From contig DAHWNZ010000006.1 in NCBI GenBank assembly GCA_027339635.1, positions 6,500 to 70,499 on the forward strand: a stretch of 64,000 nt of DNA, given 5' to 3'. This stretch comes from Candidatus Dormiibacterota bacterium. Its GTDB lineage: Bacteria > Chloroflexota > Dormibacteria > Aeolococcales > Bog-877. A model generated the notes under the pieces. That model was not told the DNA's origin. It saw only the letters and a list, made by a program, of their open reading frames with translations, and ran no database searches. A program made the translations under genes and the position numbers. Shown piece after piece: positions 62,978 through 64,000 of the stretch. How positions within the stretch are numbered: the first letter of the stretch is position 1; each line of letters opens with the position of its first letter.

Positions 62978-63275
62978 GACCTGTCTCCTCTGTCAGCTGA
63001 CCCGTCCGCCAAGGGTCGGCGCAGGGTGCATTCATGCTGTGGACTGACCAGTTGAGGATACCAGAGAAACGCGGCGGACCAGATCTCACCCAGGCCTGCG
63101 CCGTGGGCTTGTCCCAATGCGCCTCTTCACCACCCCTGGCCGGCGGCAGCGGGCCCCCACTGGGAGTCGGCGCCATTGGCCATGCCCCAGGGTGGAACGG
63201 ATTGCGCCTCGGCCCCAGCGGTGCTACCATCCCGGAGCGACCGCGGGGGTGGACCAGGCCCGGTCCAAGCTTCTA

Positions 63276-63340
63276 AATTCCACAGGGTGCATCTTCCCCT
63301 TCAGGTGAGTTTTCCACTCCTGTGCAGAAGGTGTGAATTG
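63276..63340. promoter_or_regulatory. Cluster of degenerate DnaA boxes (dnaA promoter / part of oriC)
   Basis: AATTCCACA 63276, TTTTCCACT 63310, TGTGCAGAA 63321, TGTGAATTG 63332 in a locally AT-richer stretch. Confidence 0.55.
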
Positions 63341-63381
63341 CGCTCTGCTTCCCCTGCCCCCATTCGACCTTCGGAGTTCAT

Positions 63382-64000
63382 TTGAGCATCTCTCCAGATC
63401 AGCTCTGGACCGCTGCCCAGGAGGAACTGCGCTTTCAGGTCAGCCGGCCTGGTTATGAGGCCTGGCTCAAGAATGCGCGGCTGCTTACCCTCGAGGACGA
63501 TGGGGCGAGGGCTGTCATAGGAGTGCCGACCCCCCTAGCCCGCGACTGGGTCAGCGACCGGTACGCCGCGGTCATCAGGGAGACCCTCTCCGCCATCCTC
63601 AATCGCGACGTGGATGTTGAGTTCGCGGTTCAGGGACAGGCCGTGGACTCATCCCCTCCCATGCAGTTGAGGGGGGAGGTCAGCGAGCGCCGGGCCGACC
63701 CTCCGGAGGCCGTGACCGAGACCGTCCCCGGACTTAACCCGCGCTACACCTTCTCCGCCTTCGTGGTGGGGAACACCTCTCGATTCGCGGAGGCCGCCTG
63801 CCGCGCGGTGGCGGACTCTCCCAGTCGCGCCTACAACCCCTTGTTTCTCTACGGCGGGGTCGGTCTCGGCAAGACCCACCTCATGCACGCCGTGGGGCAC
63901 GCCGTCTGGCAGCGCCACCGCCAGCGTGTCGCCTACGTCACCTCTGAGAGCTTCATGAACCAGATGATCACCTCCATCCAGGAGAACCGGATGGCCGAGT
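63382..64000 (+). CDS. dnaA: Chromosomal replication initiator DnaA (5' part, truncated by window edge)
   Basis: TTG after GGAG; LNPRYTF..FVVG, YNPLFLYGGVGLGKTHLMHA. Confidence 0.97.
   Translation, partial: MSISPDQLWTAAQEELRFQVSRPGYEAWLKNARLLTLEDDGARAVIGVPTPLARDWVSDRYAAVIRETLSAILNRDVDVEFAVQGQAVDSSPPMQLRGEVSERRADPPEAVTETVPGLNPRYTFSAFVVGNTSRFAEAACRAVADSPSRAYNPLFLYGGVGLGKTHLMHAVGHAVWQRHRQRVAYVTSESFMNQMITSIQENRMAE

Overview
High-GC bacterial chromosomal segment ending at the replication-origin gene cluster (dnaA runs off the right edge; rpmH-rnpA-yidD-yidC-jag, parAB with a perfect parS). It is almost entirely housekeeping or metabolic genes: pckA, a coxS-coxL-coxM-like molybdenum hydroxylase with Moco genes, dinB, proS, a MacAB/FtsEX-type ABC pair, two trkA genes, gyrB-plsX-gyrA, an ABC-F ATPase, a Upf1-like SF1 helicase, gcvTHP-pyrE, zwf, femX, nfeD-stomatin, lepB and ndk. 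Gene content suggests a monoderm Chloroflexota/Dormibacterota/Actinobacteria-like organism (inference only). I saw no rRNA, tRNA, CRISPR array, transposase or phage genes. Most unusual observations: (1) a Zn-ribbon Upf1-like helicase with an Arg-rich tail behind a structured, attenuator-like leader; (2) a degenerate sigma-70-like protein without region 4 heading the glycine-cleavage operon; (3) plsX inserted between gyrB and gyrA; (4) non-canonical starts (ATC for rpmH, probable CTG for two genes); (5) pervasive leaderless gene architecture; (6) a natural Ser83Ile GyrA. Two small genes missed by the ORF track (rpmH, a DUF5679-like Zn ribbon) were read directly. All calls come from motif recognition, not database searches.
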